Below are positions 56,218 to 64,000 of a stretch of 64,000 bases of DNA, piece by piece (position 1 is the stretch's first letter; every line of letters begins with the position of its first letter). The notes below the pieces were generated by a model. It did no database searches, was not told the origin of the DNA, and saw nothing but the letters and a program-made list of their open reading frames with translations. The DNA lies in assembly GCA_965228735.1 (NCBI GenBank), contig OZ245838.1, forward strand, positions 6,112,001 to 6,176,000, given 5' to 3'. This stretch comes from Planctomycetota bacterium (GTDB lineage Bacteria > Planctomycetota > UBA1135 > UBA2386). Position numbers and translations under genes: made by a program.

Positions 56218-57135
56218 GTGTCCGGGCATCCGAAAGACCGAACGGCCAGTCTCGTGGTCGTGGGGGACGTGCACCGCTGGTGGCGGCCGGCGGACGTCGC
56301 GTTCCTCGAACGCGCGCGGCCGGACCTCGCGCTCTTCGTCGGTGATCTCGGCGACGAGGATCCGGACATCGTGCAGCGGATCGCGGATCTCGCGGTCGAC
56401 AAGGCCGTGATCCTCGGCAACCACGACGCGTGGCAGAGCTTCGGCCGCAAGACGAGCACGCCGGCGCTGCGGCGGTCGCTCGAGATCCTCGGCAAGGACC
56501 ACATCGCCTACACGGTACGCGAGGTGCCGAGCGCCGGCGTCTCCGTCATCGGCGCGCGGCCGTTCTCATGGGGCGGGCAGAGCCTGCGCAGCCCCGAGCT
56601 CTACGACGAGATCTACGGCATCCGCACGATGCGGCAGTCGGCCGCGGCGATCGTCGACGCGGCGCGGCACGCGCAGCATCGTGACATCGTGATCCTCGCG
56701 CACAACGGCCCGACCGGCCTCGGCGAGAACACGACCGACATCTTCGGCAAGGACTTCGGCAAGCCCGGCGGCGACTGGGGCGACCACGACCTCGCGCTCG
56801 CGCTGCAGCGCATCGACGGGCTCGGGCTGCGCGTGCGCGCCGTGATCGCGGGCCACATGCACCACCGGCTCAATCACCCGCGCGGCGGCGAACGCATCCG
56901 CTTCGTGCGCCGCGGCGGCGTGCTGTTCCTCAACAGCGCGTTCGTCCCACGGGTCGTGCACACCGATGACGGCGACGAACTGGCCTACTTCCTGCGTACG
57001 ACCTGGCAGCAGGGCGAGTGCACCGCGATCGAAGAGGTGTTCGTCGACATGCACGGCGACGAACGTCGCGCCGAGCAGCCGGTCGTCATCGACCTCGAGG
57101 ACGACGCGCCGGTCATCGACGAAGCGGGCGATTGA
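56218..57135 (+). CDS. Metallophosphoesterase, TIGR04168/DevT-like
   Basis: GDVH, FVGDLG, GNHDAW, RPFSWGG, AHNGPTGLG, DWGDHDL, GHMHH; start uncertain. Confidence 0.82.
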   Translation: MSGHPKDRTASLVVVGDVHRWWRPADVAFLERARPDLALFVGDLGDEDPDIVQRIADLAVDKAVILGNHDAWQSFGRKTSTPALRRSLEILGKDHIAYTVREVPSAGVSVIGARPFSWGGQSLRSPELYDEIYGIRTMRQSAAAIVDAARHAQHRDIVILAHNGPTGLGENTTDIFGKDFGKPGGDWGDHDLALALQRIDGLGLRVRAVIAGHMHHRLNHPRGGERIRFVRRGGVLFLNSAFVPRVVHTDDGDELAYFLRTTWQQGECTAIEEVFVDMHGDERRAEQPVVIDLEDDAPVIDEAGD

Positions 57136-57216
57136 CGGGGCGGCGCCCGCCGCGGCTTCCGGGGGCTCGTCGAGCGGGGAGCGGGAGCGAAACTGCGGTC
57201 GCGATGACATGACCGT

Positions 57217-57241
57217 GAACCGCCGCCGCACCGTCGGCGTT
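57217..57241 (+). promoter_or_regulatory. Candidate ECF-type promoter GAAC-N17-CGTT
   Basis: 10 nt before the ATG at 57252. Confidence 0.4.
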
Positions 57242-57251
57242 GTCGTTCTGC

Positions 57252-58331
57252 ATGACCGTCCTCCGCCGCGCACGCGGGCCAGGCCTCGTGCTCCTGTCGG
57301 CAGCGCTCGCCGTGAGTGTTCTGCCGGGTCAGGTGACGGAGCGTGCCGACGCCGCTGCCCTGCTGGCGGGGCTCTCGTCGGGCGAATCGGCCGAGATCGC
57401 ATGGGCCAGCTATCGGATCGCGACCTGTGCCCGTGCCGAGTTCGTGCCCGAACTCCGACGGGTCCTGGCCGGGCTGGTGCGCGAACCTGTGGCGACCGAG
57501 CGGCACGGGGAGCAGCGGTATCTGGTCATGGCGGTCTTCGATGCCTTGATCCGGACCGGTGCGACGTTGTCCACGACCGAGTTGCTGCCGTGGCGCACGC
57601 GGATGCCGACGGCGGTCTTGATTCTCGCGGCGCGCGACGCCGAGACGCATGCGGGCCTGCTGCTGTCCTTCGTCGAGAACCGTCGGATGGGCCCGTGCCG
57701 GCTCGCGGCGATCAACCTGCTGCTGACCGGGATGCCGGCGATGCTGATGCCGCAGCTCCTCGCCGATGCCGAGGTCGATCTGACCGTGCACGTCACGAGC
57801 CCCGGCGAGTTCGTCTCGTGCTGGAGCAGCGGTTCGGGGCGCGGCTGCGGCAGGGGGCGACGCTTACCGGGCTTCCCCCCGGTCGTCAGCTACCGGCTCC
57901 AGGTCCGGGCCGGCGAGACGTTCGCCGATGGCCCCGAGCCCGTCGGCTGGAGCCGGGTCGAGCACACCCGGACGTCGTACGGCGTCGGTGCGTCGGTCGT
58001 GAGCCTCGAGGAACGCGACTACGCCTGGCGCTGCCTGTATCGCCTCGCCGAGCGCGAGGTCGGAACGGCGCGGCTGCGGGGGGCGGTGCACGAGTCGGTC
58101 GAATGGCGCGACGAGGCGGGGTTGCGCGCGACCGTCGTCGAGATCGAAGCGGGAATGCGGGCCGAGTACGGCGAACTGCTCGCGGAGCTCGCGAGACGGC
58201 AGCTGTGCTCGAGCCGGGTCGCGCGCCTGCGGATCCGGCTGCGTCTCGAGGACGAGCGCCCGGAGGCGGATCGGGAGGTCGCACTGCCGACGCCGGCGGA
58301 GTTGCGTCGGGCCGGCGAAGGGCGCCTATAG
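57252..58331 (+). CDS. Secreted hypothetical protein
   Basis: Signal-peptide-like N-terminus; helical N-terminal half; SSGSGRGCG segment. Confidence 0.6.
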   Translation: MTVLRRARGPGLVLLSAALAVSVLPGQVTERADAAALLAGLSSGESAEIAWASYRIATCARAEFVPELRRVLAGLVREPVATERHGEQRYLVMAVFDALIRTGATLSTTELLPWRTRMPTAVLILAARDAETHAGLLLSFVENRRMGPCRLAAINLLLTGMPAMLMPQLLADAEVDLTVHVTSPGEFVSCWSSGSGRGCGRGRRLPGFPPVVSYRLQVRAGETFADGPEPVGWSRVEHTRTSYGVGASVVSLEERDYAWRCLYRLAEREVGTARLRGAVHESVEWRDEAGLRATVVEIEAGMRAEYGELLAELARRQLCSSRVARLRIRLRLEDERPEADREVALPTPAELRRAGEGRL

Positions 58332-58504
58332 TCGTCCCGGCTCCTGGATCGCTTTTCCAATGCGTCCACCGAAGCCGCGCTGCCGCTCGGTCGGATCGCG
58401 TGTCGGCGTAGATGCGCACCTGACATGGTAGTGGCCGACGGCGCGTCTGCGGAGGGTCACGGGTTCGGGAGGCCCGCGCCCGCGGGCTTGGACCGGCTGC
58501 TCCC

Positions 58505-58831
58505 ATGGCAGCGGGGAGGTCGGGTATGCTGCCCGATCCTAACGATTTCGTCGTGGTCGGCGTCGGCGCTGTGCCCGCGACCGGGCTGTCGTTGCAAGTG
58601 CTGCTCACGACCGCGGTCGGTGTCACCGACGTTCTCGCGTTCCAGACCGCCGTCCTGCTGCCCAGCGGCGAGTTGGCCATGTCGTTGCCGAGCCATCCCG
58701 TGGTCGTGCGCTCGGAAGGTTCCGCGATCGCGGTCGGTAGGCAGCACTTCTTCGTTGCCGCGGTTGGCGGGGCGGCGGTGCAACTGGCAGGCGGCCCGCC
58801 GAGGCTGGTCGTATGCTCCGCCTCGTCATGA
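58505..58831 (+). pseudogene. Possible gene remnant encoding only a C-terminal beta domain
   Basis: Protein-like segment ...LAFQTAVLLPSGELAMSLPSHPVVVR resembling C-termini of secreted proteins in this window; no signal peptide. Confidence 0.3.
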
Positions 58832-59628
58832 TGACGATACGCAGGGTCTTCCTCGGCCAGATCGCGAGTCTGGCGCTGCTCGCGATTGCCGGTTGCGCTG
58901 GCGCCGGGCATCAACGTTCGGTCTCCGACAGGCCGCTGATCGGGATCGCGAGCCTGGCGTCGGATTCGTACGCGCGCGCCGTTCGTGCTTCGGGAGGGGT
59001 CCCCGTGACCTTGCCGAACGCGGGCGGGGAGACCGCGAAACTCGACGAGTATCTCGCGCTGCTCGACGGTCTGCTCATGCCGGGCGGCGCGGACATCTCA
59101 CCGTCGGAGTGGGGCGAGGAGCCGCACCCGACGACGCGACTGCTCGACGAGGATCGCTATCGATTCGAGAAGGCGATGATCTCGGCCTGGATCGAGCGGA
59201 GCGACAAGCCGCTGCTCGGCATCTGCCTCGGCAGCCAATGGGTCAACGTGGCGCACGGCGGCTCGTTGGTGCAGGACATCCCGTCGGAGTTCGGGGTCGA
59301 GCACAGCAATCGACGCCACACGGTCCGGCTCGAGCCCGATTCGCGCCTGAGTTCGATCCTGGGGGCGACCGAGCTCGAGGTGAACTCGTACCACCATCAG
59401 GCGGTGCGCGAGGTCGGCGAAGGGTTGCGGGTCGTCGCCCGGTGTCCGGACGGGATCATCGAAGCGACGGAGACGACCGACCCGGCGCGCTTCCTGATCG
59501 GCGTGCAATGGCACCCGGAGCGGCTCATGCCCGAGGACGAACTGCAGGCGAAGCTCTTGCGCGCGTTCATTCTGGCGGCGGCCGAGTCGCGGTCGCGCGC
59601 CTCTGCTGCTGCCCCGACGGCGCGCTGA
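58828..59628 (+). CDS. Gamma-glutamyl-gamma-aminobutyrate hydrolase family (peptidase C26), predicted Tat lipoprotein
   Basis: [32 protein letters not shown]-terminus IRRVFL...IAGC. Confidence 0.88.
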   Translation: MMTIRRVFLGQIASLALLAIAGCAGAGHQRSVSDRPLIGIASLASDSYARAVRASGGVPVTLPNAGGETAKLDEYLALLDGLLMPGGADISPSEWGEEPHPTTRLLDEDRYRFEKAMISAWIERSDKPLLGICLGSQWVNVAHGGSLVQDIPSEFGVEHSNRRHTVRLEPDSRLSSILGATELEVNSYHHQAVREVGEGLRVVARCPDGIIEATETTDPARFLIGVQWHPERLMPEDELQAKLLRAFILAAAESRSRASAAAPTAR

Positions 59629-59640
59629 CGGCGTCCGCGG

Positions 59641-61788
59641 CTACTTCGACAGCCGCTTCGCCTCTTCCTCCACCGCGCGCCAGACGCGCAGCAGGTTGCC
59701 GCTCCAGATCTTCTCGATTTGTTCGCGGGTGTAGCCACGGCGGACGAGCTCGATCGTGACGTTCATGCTCTCGGCGGCGTTCTGCCAACCCTCGATGCCG
59801 CCACCGCCGTCGAAGTCCGAGCCGATGCCGACGCAGTTGATGCCGGCGACTTTGACCGCGTGGTCGATGTGGTCGACGAAGTCGCTGACCGTCGCGCGCG
59901 GGTAGCGCTGTTCGATCTCGCGGAGGCCTTCGCGGTAGCGCTGCATGCGCGTGTCGAGGTCGAGCTCCGGCTCGGGGGCGTCACGGCCGCGACCGATGCC
60001 GAGCTCCTTCTTGAGCTCGGCGTCCGCGGCCCGGCGCGCCGTGGCGTCGACGAGGAACGAGTCGAGGGCGACGACCTGGATGACGCCCTTGGTGCGCTTG
60101 AGCGCGCGCAGCTGTTCGTCGTCGAGGTTGCGGGAGTGATCGCACAAAGCACGGCAGCCCGAGTGCGAGGCGATGACCGGCGCGGAGCTGTGCTCGACGG
60201 CCTGCAGCATCGACGACTTCGCCGCGTGCGAGATGTCGACCATGATGCCGACGCGGTTCATCTCGCGGATCGCCTGACGGCCGAGATCCGAGAGGCCGCC
60301 ATGCAGCGGTTCGGTCGGGGTGTGGGAGTCGCCGAGCTGCGAGTGGCGGTTGTGCGCAATGCTCATGTAGCGCGCGCCCTTGCTGTGAAACTCCTCGACG
60401 AGCGCGAGGTTCTCGCCCATCGGGTAGCCGTTCTCGATGCCGATGCAGGCGATCAGTTTGCCGGCGGCATGCAGGTCGCGGACCTGCTGCACGGAGGTCG
60501 CGAGTCCGATCGTGTCGCCGTGCAGCTTCGCCATGCGGTGGATGGCGTCGAACTTGGCGTTGGCCTTGCGCAACGCCCCCGCGAACCCGGGGCCCGTGAG
60601 CTTGCCCTGGCCGACGTAGACGATGAAGAACGCGCAGTCGTAGTGACCGTCGCGCATCTTGGGGAAGTCGACCTGCTGGCTGCCGCGGGTCGCCGGGTCG
60701 TACTTTCGGCGGAACTCCTTCGCCGTCTCCGGGTCGCTCGGATACTCGGCGGGCGCGAGCTGCGGCTGGATGTCCTTGTGCGTGTCGAGCGTGAGGATCG
60801 ACTCGTGGATCGCTGCGGCGCGGGCGACCAGCTCGTTCGCGGGGTCGCGCAGCAGCTTGTCGAGCAGGAACTGACGCTCGTTCTTGTAGCGCCCGGACGC
60901 GGCGTGACCGGGGATGACGAGGTGGCACTCGTGGCCGACCTTGGCGGACGCGAGCTGCAGCATGACGCCGAGGCGCGGGTGATGGATGCCGTGGCCCGCG
61001 CTCTTGCTCGGCAGCGTCATGTCCGAGCCGTAGCGCATGAACAGCGGCGGGTCGTCCGACGTCACGTGGTTGATCGGCGAGAACTCGCGGTAGTGCTCTC
61101 CGTGCCGGTCGTAGTTGCGCAGCGCGCTCGCCATGTCGGGCTCGCCGACCGCGCGCCAGATCATGCGGTGGTCGAGGATCTTCGGGCCGACCCATTCCTC
61201 GATCACCTTGGGATCGATCGCGGTCTGCCCGCCCCAGACCGCGGCGGCGGCGACGCGCGTCGACTCGCGCAGCACCGGGTCCACGTTCTCCGGGTCGGCG
61301 AGGTCGTCGTGCAGCAGCAGCCACATCGATGTGCACGCCCCCGCGCTGCCGCCCATGAGGCCGATGCGCGCGGTGTCGATGCCCCAGTCGTCGGCCTTCG
61401 TGCGCAAGAACTGGATCGCGCGCGCCGCGTCGTGCACGGGTGCTGGCAGCGCGTGCTGGTCCGTGCGCCGATAGTTGATCGCCGCGCAGTGGATGCCGTT
61501 CTCGAGGAACGGCTCGTGCATCCGCCGCATCGTCTTCTTGTCGCCGCCGACCCAGCCGCCGCCGTGGATGTAGACGACGAGCGGCCGTGGGCCGTCGCCC
61601 TCGTCGCCGGCGCGCCAGAAGTCGAGGCGGTTGCGTTCGTGCGGGCCGTAGGCGACGTCGCGGTGGTCGGGGGCGCGCTGGGCGGCGACCGTTTCGAGCG
61701 TCGTGAGCGCGGTGAACAGGACGATCGCGATGGCGGTGACGTCGGTTGCTGGCCGGCTGCGGGCCAGTCGGGCGAGGCGAATCGGCAT
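59641..61788 (-). CDS. Secreted fusion of an alpha/beta-hydrolase (esterase) and a membrane dipeptidase (M19)
   Basis: HGGGW, GGSAG and GIHHP in the N-terminal half; DTHKD, GIENG, DISH, ASHS and GIGSDFDGGG in the C-terminal half. Confidence 0.88.
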   Translation of the reverse strand: MPIRLARLARSRPATDVTAIAIVLFTALTTLETVAAQRAPDHRDVAYGPHERNRLDFWRAGDEGDGPRPLVVYIHGGGWVGGDKKTMRRMHEPFLENGIHCAAINYRRTDQHALPAPVHDAARAIQFLRTKADDWGIDTARIGLMGGSAGACTSMWLLLHDDLADPENVDPVLRESTRVAAAAVWGGQTAIDPKVIEEWVGPKILDHRMIWRAVGEPDMASALRNYDRHGEHYREFSPINHVTSDDPPLFMRYGSDMTLPSKSAGHGIHHPRLGVMLQLASAKVGHECHLVIPGHAASGRYKNERQFLLDKLLRDPANELVARAAAIHESILTLDTHKDIQPQLAPAEYPSDPETAKEFRRKYDPATRGSQQVDFPKMRDGHYDCAFFIVYVGQGKLTGPGFAGALRKANAKFDAIHRMAKLHGDTIGLATSVQQVRDLHAAGKLIACIGIENGYPMGENLALVEEFHSKGARYMSIAHNRHSQLGDSHTPTEPLHGGLSDLGRQAIREMNRVGIMVDISHAAKSSMLQAVEHSSAPVIASHSGCRALCDHSRNLDDEQLRALKRTKGVIQVVALDSFLVDATARRAADAELKKELGIGRGRDAPEPELDLDTRMQRYREGLREIEQRYPRATVSDFVDHIDHAVKVAGINCVGIGSDFDGGGGIEGWQNAAESMNVTIELVRRGYTREQIEKIWSGNLLRVWRAVEEEAKRLSK

Positions 61789-61959
61789 GCCCGGAGTGTC
61801 GGGGTTGGACTCGGGCGTGGCAATCGTCGGGCTCGTCACAGCCCGGTCACGGCCCGGTGGCATGGGGGGCAGGGCGACGATGGCCGCAGCGGCTCAGGCA
61901 ACACCCCCGATTGCGCCGAAAATCGAACGAGCGCCGAGCCATGTCGGCGCCTTCGCACC

Positions 61960-63801
61960 GTGGTGATCTCTGACACGTTCGACTGCCTGCGCGAGCTGCC
62001 TGCCCGGCGGCAGGTCGCGCTCTGCCTCGCCGCACTCGGTGAGTCGCACGGCGGCGTGCAGGCCGCGGCGGTCATGGCGCTCATCGATCCGGTGCGGCTC
62101 GACCGGCCCGATCTCGTCGTCGACGCGTTCGCCGATCTCGGCATCGAGGGCGTCGTGGCGGCGCGCACCGCTCGGGAGGTGCTGCTCGAGATCGCGACCG
62201 AACGGGTGCGCAACGCCGGCACCGGCGAACGGTTGCCCGCCATCCGGGTGCTCGCGGAGTTCGGTGACGATGCCGACGTGATCGCGCCGCTCCGCATCGC
62301 GTTCGGTGACGAACAGCAGGCGATCCGCGACGCTGCGTACGAAGCGCTGGTCCAGCGGATCCGGCGGCTCGCCGACGCCACTGCGGATCGCGAGGGCGCG
62401 TTCCGCGGCGCCGAGGCCGCCGTCTGGGAGGCGTTCGAACTGCTCGTCGATCGGCTGCCGGAGCACAGTCGCCAGGACTGCCTCGAGCTGTTCGCCGCGT
62501 TCGGTCGCCGCGCGGTCGTCGCGGTCGCCCGCCGTCTGCGCCGCGCGTCGGATCTCGAGCCGCTGCTCTTCGAAGAACTGCAGAAGGCGCCGCATCCGGC
62601 CGGCGCGGACCTCGCGCTCGGCCTCGCCGCCCACAGCAACGAGGATGTCGCGGAGTTCGGCCGACGGTTGCTGCAGGAACGCGACGATCTGCCGTTCCAG
62701 ACACGGCTCGCGGAGCGGCTCGTCGGTGCGGCGGAGGAGAGCGACGTCGCGGTTGACGGCGCGCTCTTCGCGGCTGTGCTGCCCGAGGCGATGCCCGGAT
62801 TCACCGAGGCAGAAGCGTTCGCGATGCTCACCGACGTCGGCGCGCGGGCGCCTGACCCGTTGACGCACCAACGCCGCGTCGAGGCGTTCCTCGCGCATCC
62901 TGCTCCGGCGGTGCAGATGCGCGCGATCGCGACCTTGCGTGAGCTGAAGTGTCCGGGCGGTTGCGGGGCGCTCGCGGACCTCTTGCGGAGCGCGCCGGAC
63001 GAGGTCCGGCTCGCCGGTGCAGAGCTCGTTTCGGAGCTCGCGCCCGCCCAGGCCGGCGAACTGCTCACGCCGCTGCTCGCGGCCGAGGACGACACCGTGC
63101 GGGCGCGGGCCGCGCGCGAGGTCGCGCGCGTCAGCCTGGCGAAGTTCCTCGATCGCTTCGAGGACATGGGACGAACCGCACGCCAGACCGCGGCGAAGGC
63201 CATCCGGAAGATCGACGGCCAGGTCGGGCAGCGTCTCGAGGCCGAGCTGCAGAAACTCTCGGGCAAGCGGCTCATCAACGCCTTGCAGGTCGTCGACCTG
63301 CTCGGCGCGGGGGGCGAACTGCGCGAGCCGTTGCTGGACCTGCTCGACGACGCGGACGTTCGCGTGCGCGCCACTGCCGTCCGTATCGTGGAGCTCGGCG
63401 GTTCCGTTGCCGGCGTCGATGTCCTCAGTGATCTGCTGGCGGATCCGGATCGGCGGGTGCGCGCCAACACGATCGAGGCCGTCGAACAGCTCGGCGACCC
63501 GGAGTGGATCGGCAAGCTCATGCCGTTCTTGCGCGACCGCGACAACCGCGTCCGGGTGAACGCGGCGAAGGCGCTGTGGAACCTCGGCTGGTCGGGCGCG
63601 CGCGAGGCGCTGGTCGAGATGCTCGCCGATCCGTCGCCGCGGCTGCGGGTCTCGGCGATCTGGGCGATCGAGCAGCTCGCGTTCGACGGTGCGGCAGGCG
63701 TGCTGCGCAACCGGGTGACGCGCGAACGCGACCCCGCGGTGCGCGCGCGCCTGCAGGCCGCGATCGTCGAGATCGAATCCGCACCGGTGGAGGCCGGATA
63801 G
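61960..63801 (+). CDS. HEAT/PBS-lyase repeat protein
   Basis: Repeated LLxDxDxRVRA(N/T)A units; 3' part of the long ORF 59719..63801. Confidence 0.85.
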   Translation: MVISDTFDCLRELPARRQVALCLAALGESHGGVQAAAVMALIDPVRLDRPDLVVDAFADLGIEGVVAARTAREVLLEIATERVRNAGTGERLPAIRVLAEFGDDADVIAPLRIAFGDEQQAIRDAAYEALVQRIRRLADATADREGAFRGAEAAVWEAFELLVDRLPEHSRQDCLELFAAFGRRAVVAVARRLRRASDLEPLLFEELQKAPHPAGADLALGLAAHSNEDVAEFGRRLLQERDDLPFQTRLAERLVGAAEESDVAVDGALFAAVLPEAMPGFTEAEAFAMLTDVGARAPDPLTHQRRVEAFLAHPAPAVQMRAIATLRELKCPGGCGALADLLRSAPDEVRLAGAELVSELAPAQAGELLTPLLAAEDDTVRARAAREVARVSLAKFLDRFEDMGRTARQTAAKAIRKIDGQVGQRLEAELQKLSGKRLINALQVVDLLGAGGELREPLLDLLDDADVRVRATAVRIVELGGSVAGVDVLSDLLADPDRRVRANTIEAVEQLGDPEWIGKLMPFLRDRDNRVRVNAAKALWNLGWSGAREALVEMLADPSPRLRVSAIWAIEQLAFDGAAGVLRNRVTRERDPAVRARLQAAIVEIESAPVEAG

Positions 63802-63809
63802 GGGCACCG

Positions 63810-64000
63810 ATGGGCAACTGGACGATCACCATCACCGTCATGGTCCTGCTCGGCATCATCGCGCTGGCCGCCGGTCCGCACGTGCTGCGCTGGCTCGATG
63901 CCCGGCGGCTGCACGCGCGACTCGCGGCGAAGAACGGGCTCGATCCCGACGAAACGAGCTGGCTGTGGCAGTTCGCGCAGCGGCGCTCGCCGGCGCTGCC
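63810..64000 (+). CDS. Hypothetical membrane-anchored protein (runs off window)
   Basis: ATG 8 nt after the HEAT gene stop; MGNWTITITVMVLLGIIALAAG TM; open to the window end. Confidence 0.6.
   Translation, partial: MGNWTITITVMVLLGIIALAAGPHVLRWLDARRLHARLAAKNGLDPDETSWLWQFAQRRSPAL

Noticed and set aside
59719..61959. N-terminal ~750 aa of the 1360-aa ORF
   Set aside because: Antisense to the esterase-dipeptidase gene; only the part from 61960 (HEAT repeats) looks real

Overview
Very GC-rich bacterial chromosomal DNA with about 54 plausible CDSs. I saw no rRNA, tRNA, CRISPR array, transposase or prophage gene. The gene content (ECF sigma coupled to a Ser/Thr kinase, PEP-CTERM, carboxypeptidase-regulatory-like repeat protein, LptF/G, FHA-sigma54 regulators) suggests a diderm such as a Planctomycetota member; this is inference only. 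Housekeeping genes include mutS, aroB, folC, rsgA, gluQ, a cysteine desulfurase and lptF/G. Family calls come from motifs read by eye, not from database searches. Main observations: (1) a cobalamin riboswitch drives two paralogous secreted proteins of unknown function, with a divergent CblC/QueG-like gene and a nearby BtuF-like gene, making a candidate new B12-capture module; (2) two acyl-CoA dehydrogenases in a thiolase/hbd operon have lost complementary halves of the FAD/active site, predicting an obligate heteromer; (3) a family of long palindromic REPIN-like elements sits between convergent genes and supplies their stop codons; (4) a ~190-bp inverted-repeat element (ncRNA or MITE) lies between a kinase and a sigma54 activator; (5) two FHA/sigma54-type regulators are reciprocally degenerate; (6) several secreted proteins share a C-terminal domain; (7) there is an esterase-dipeptidase fusion.
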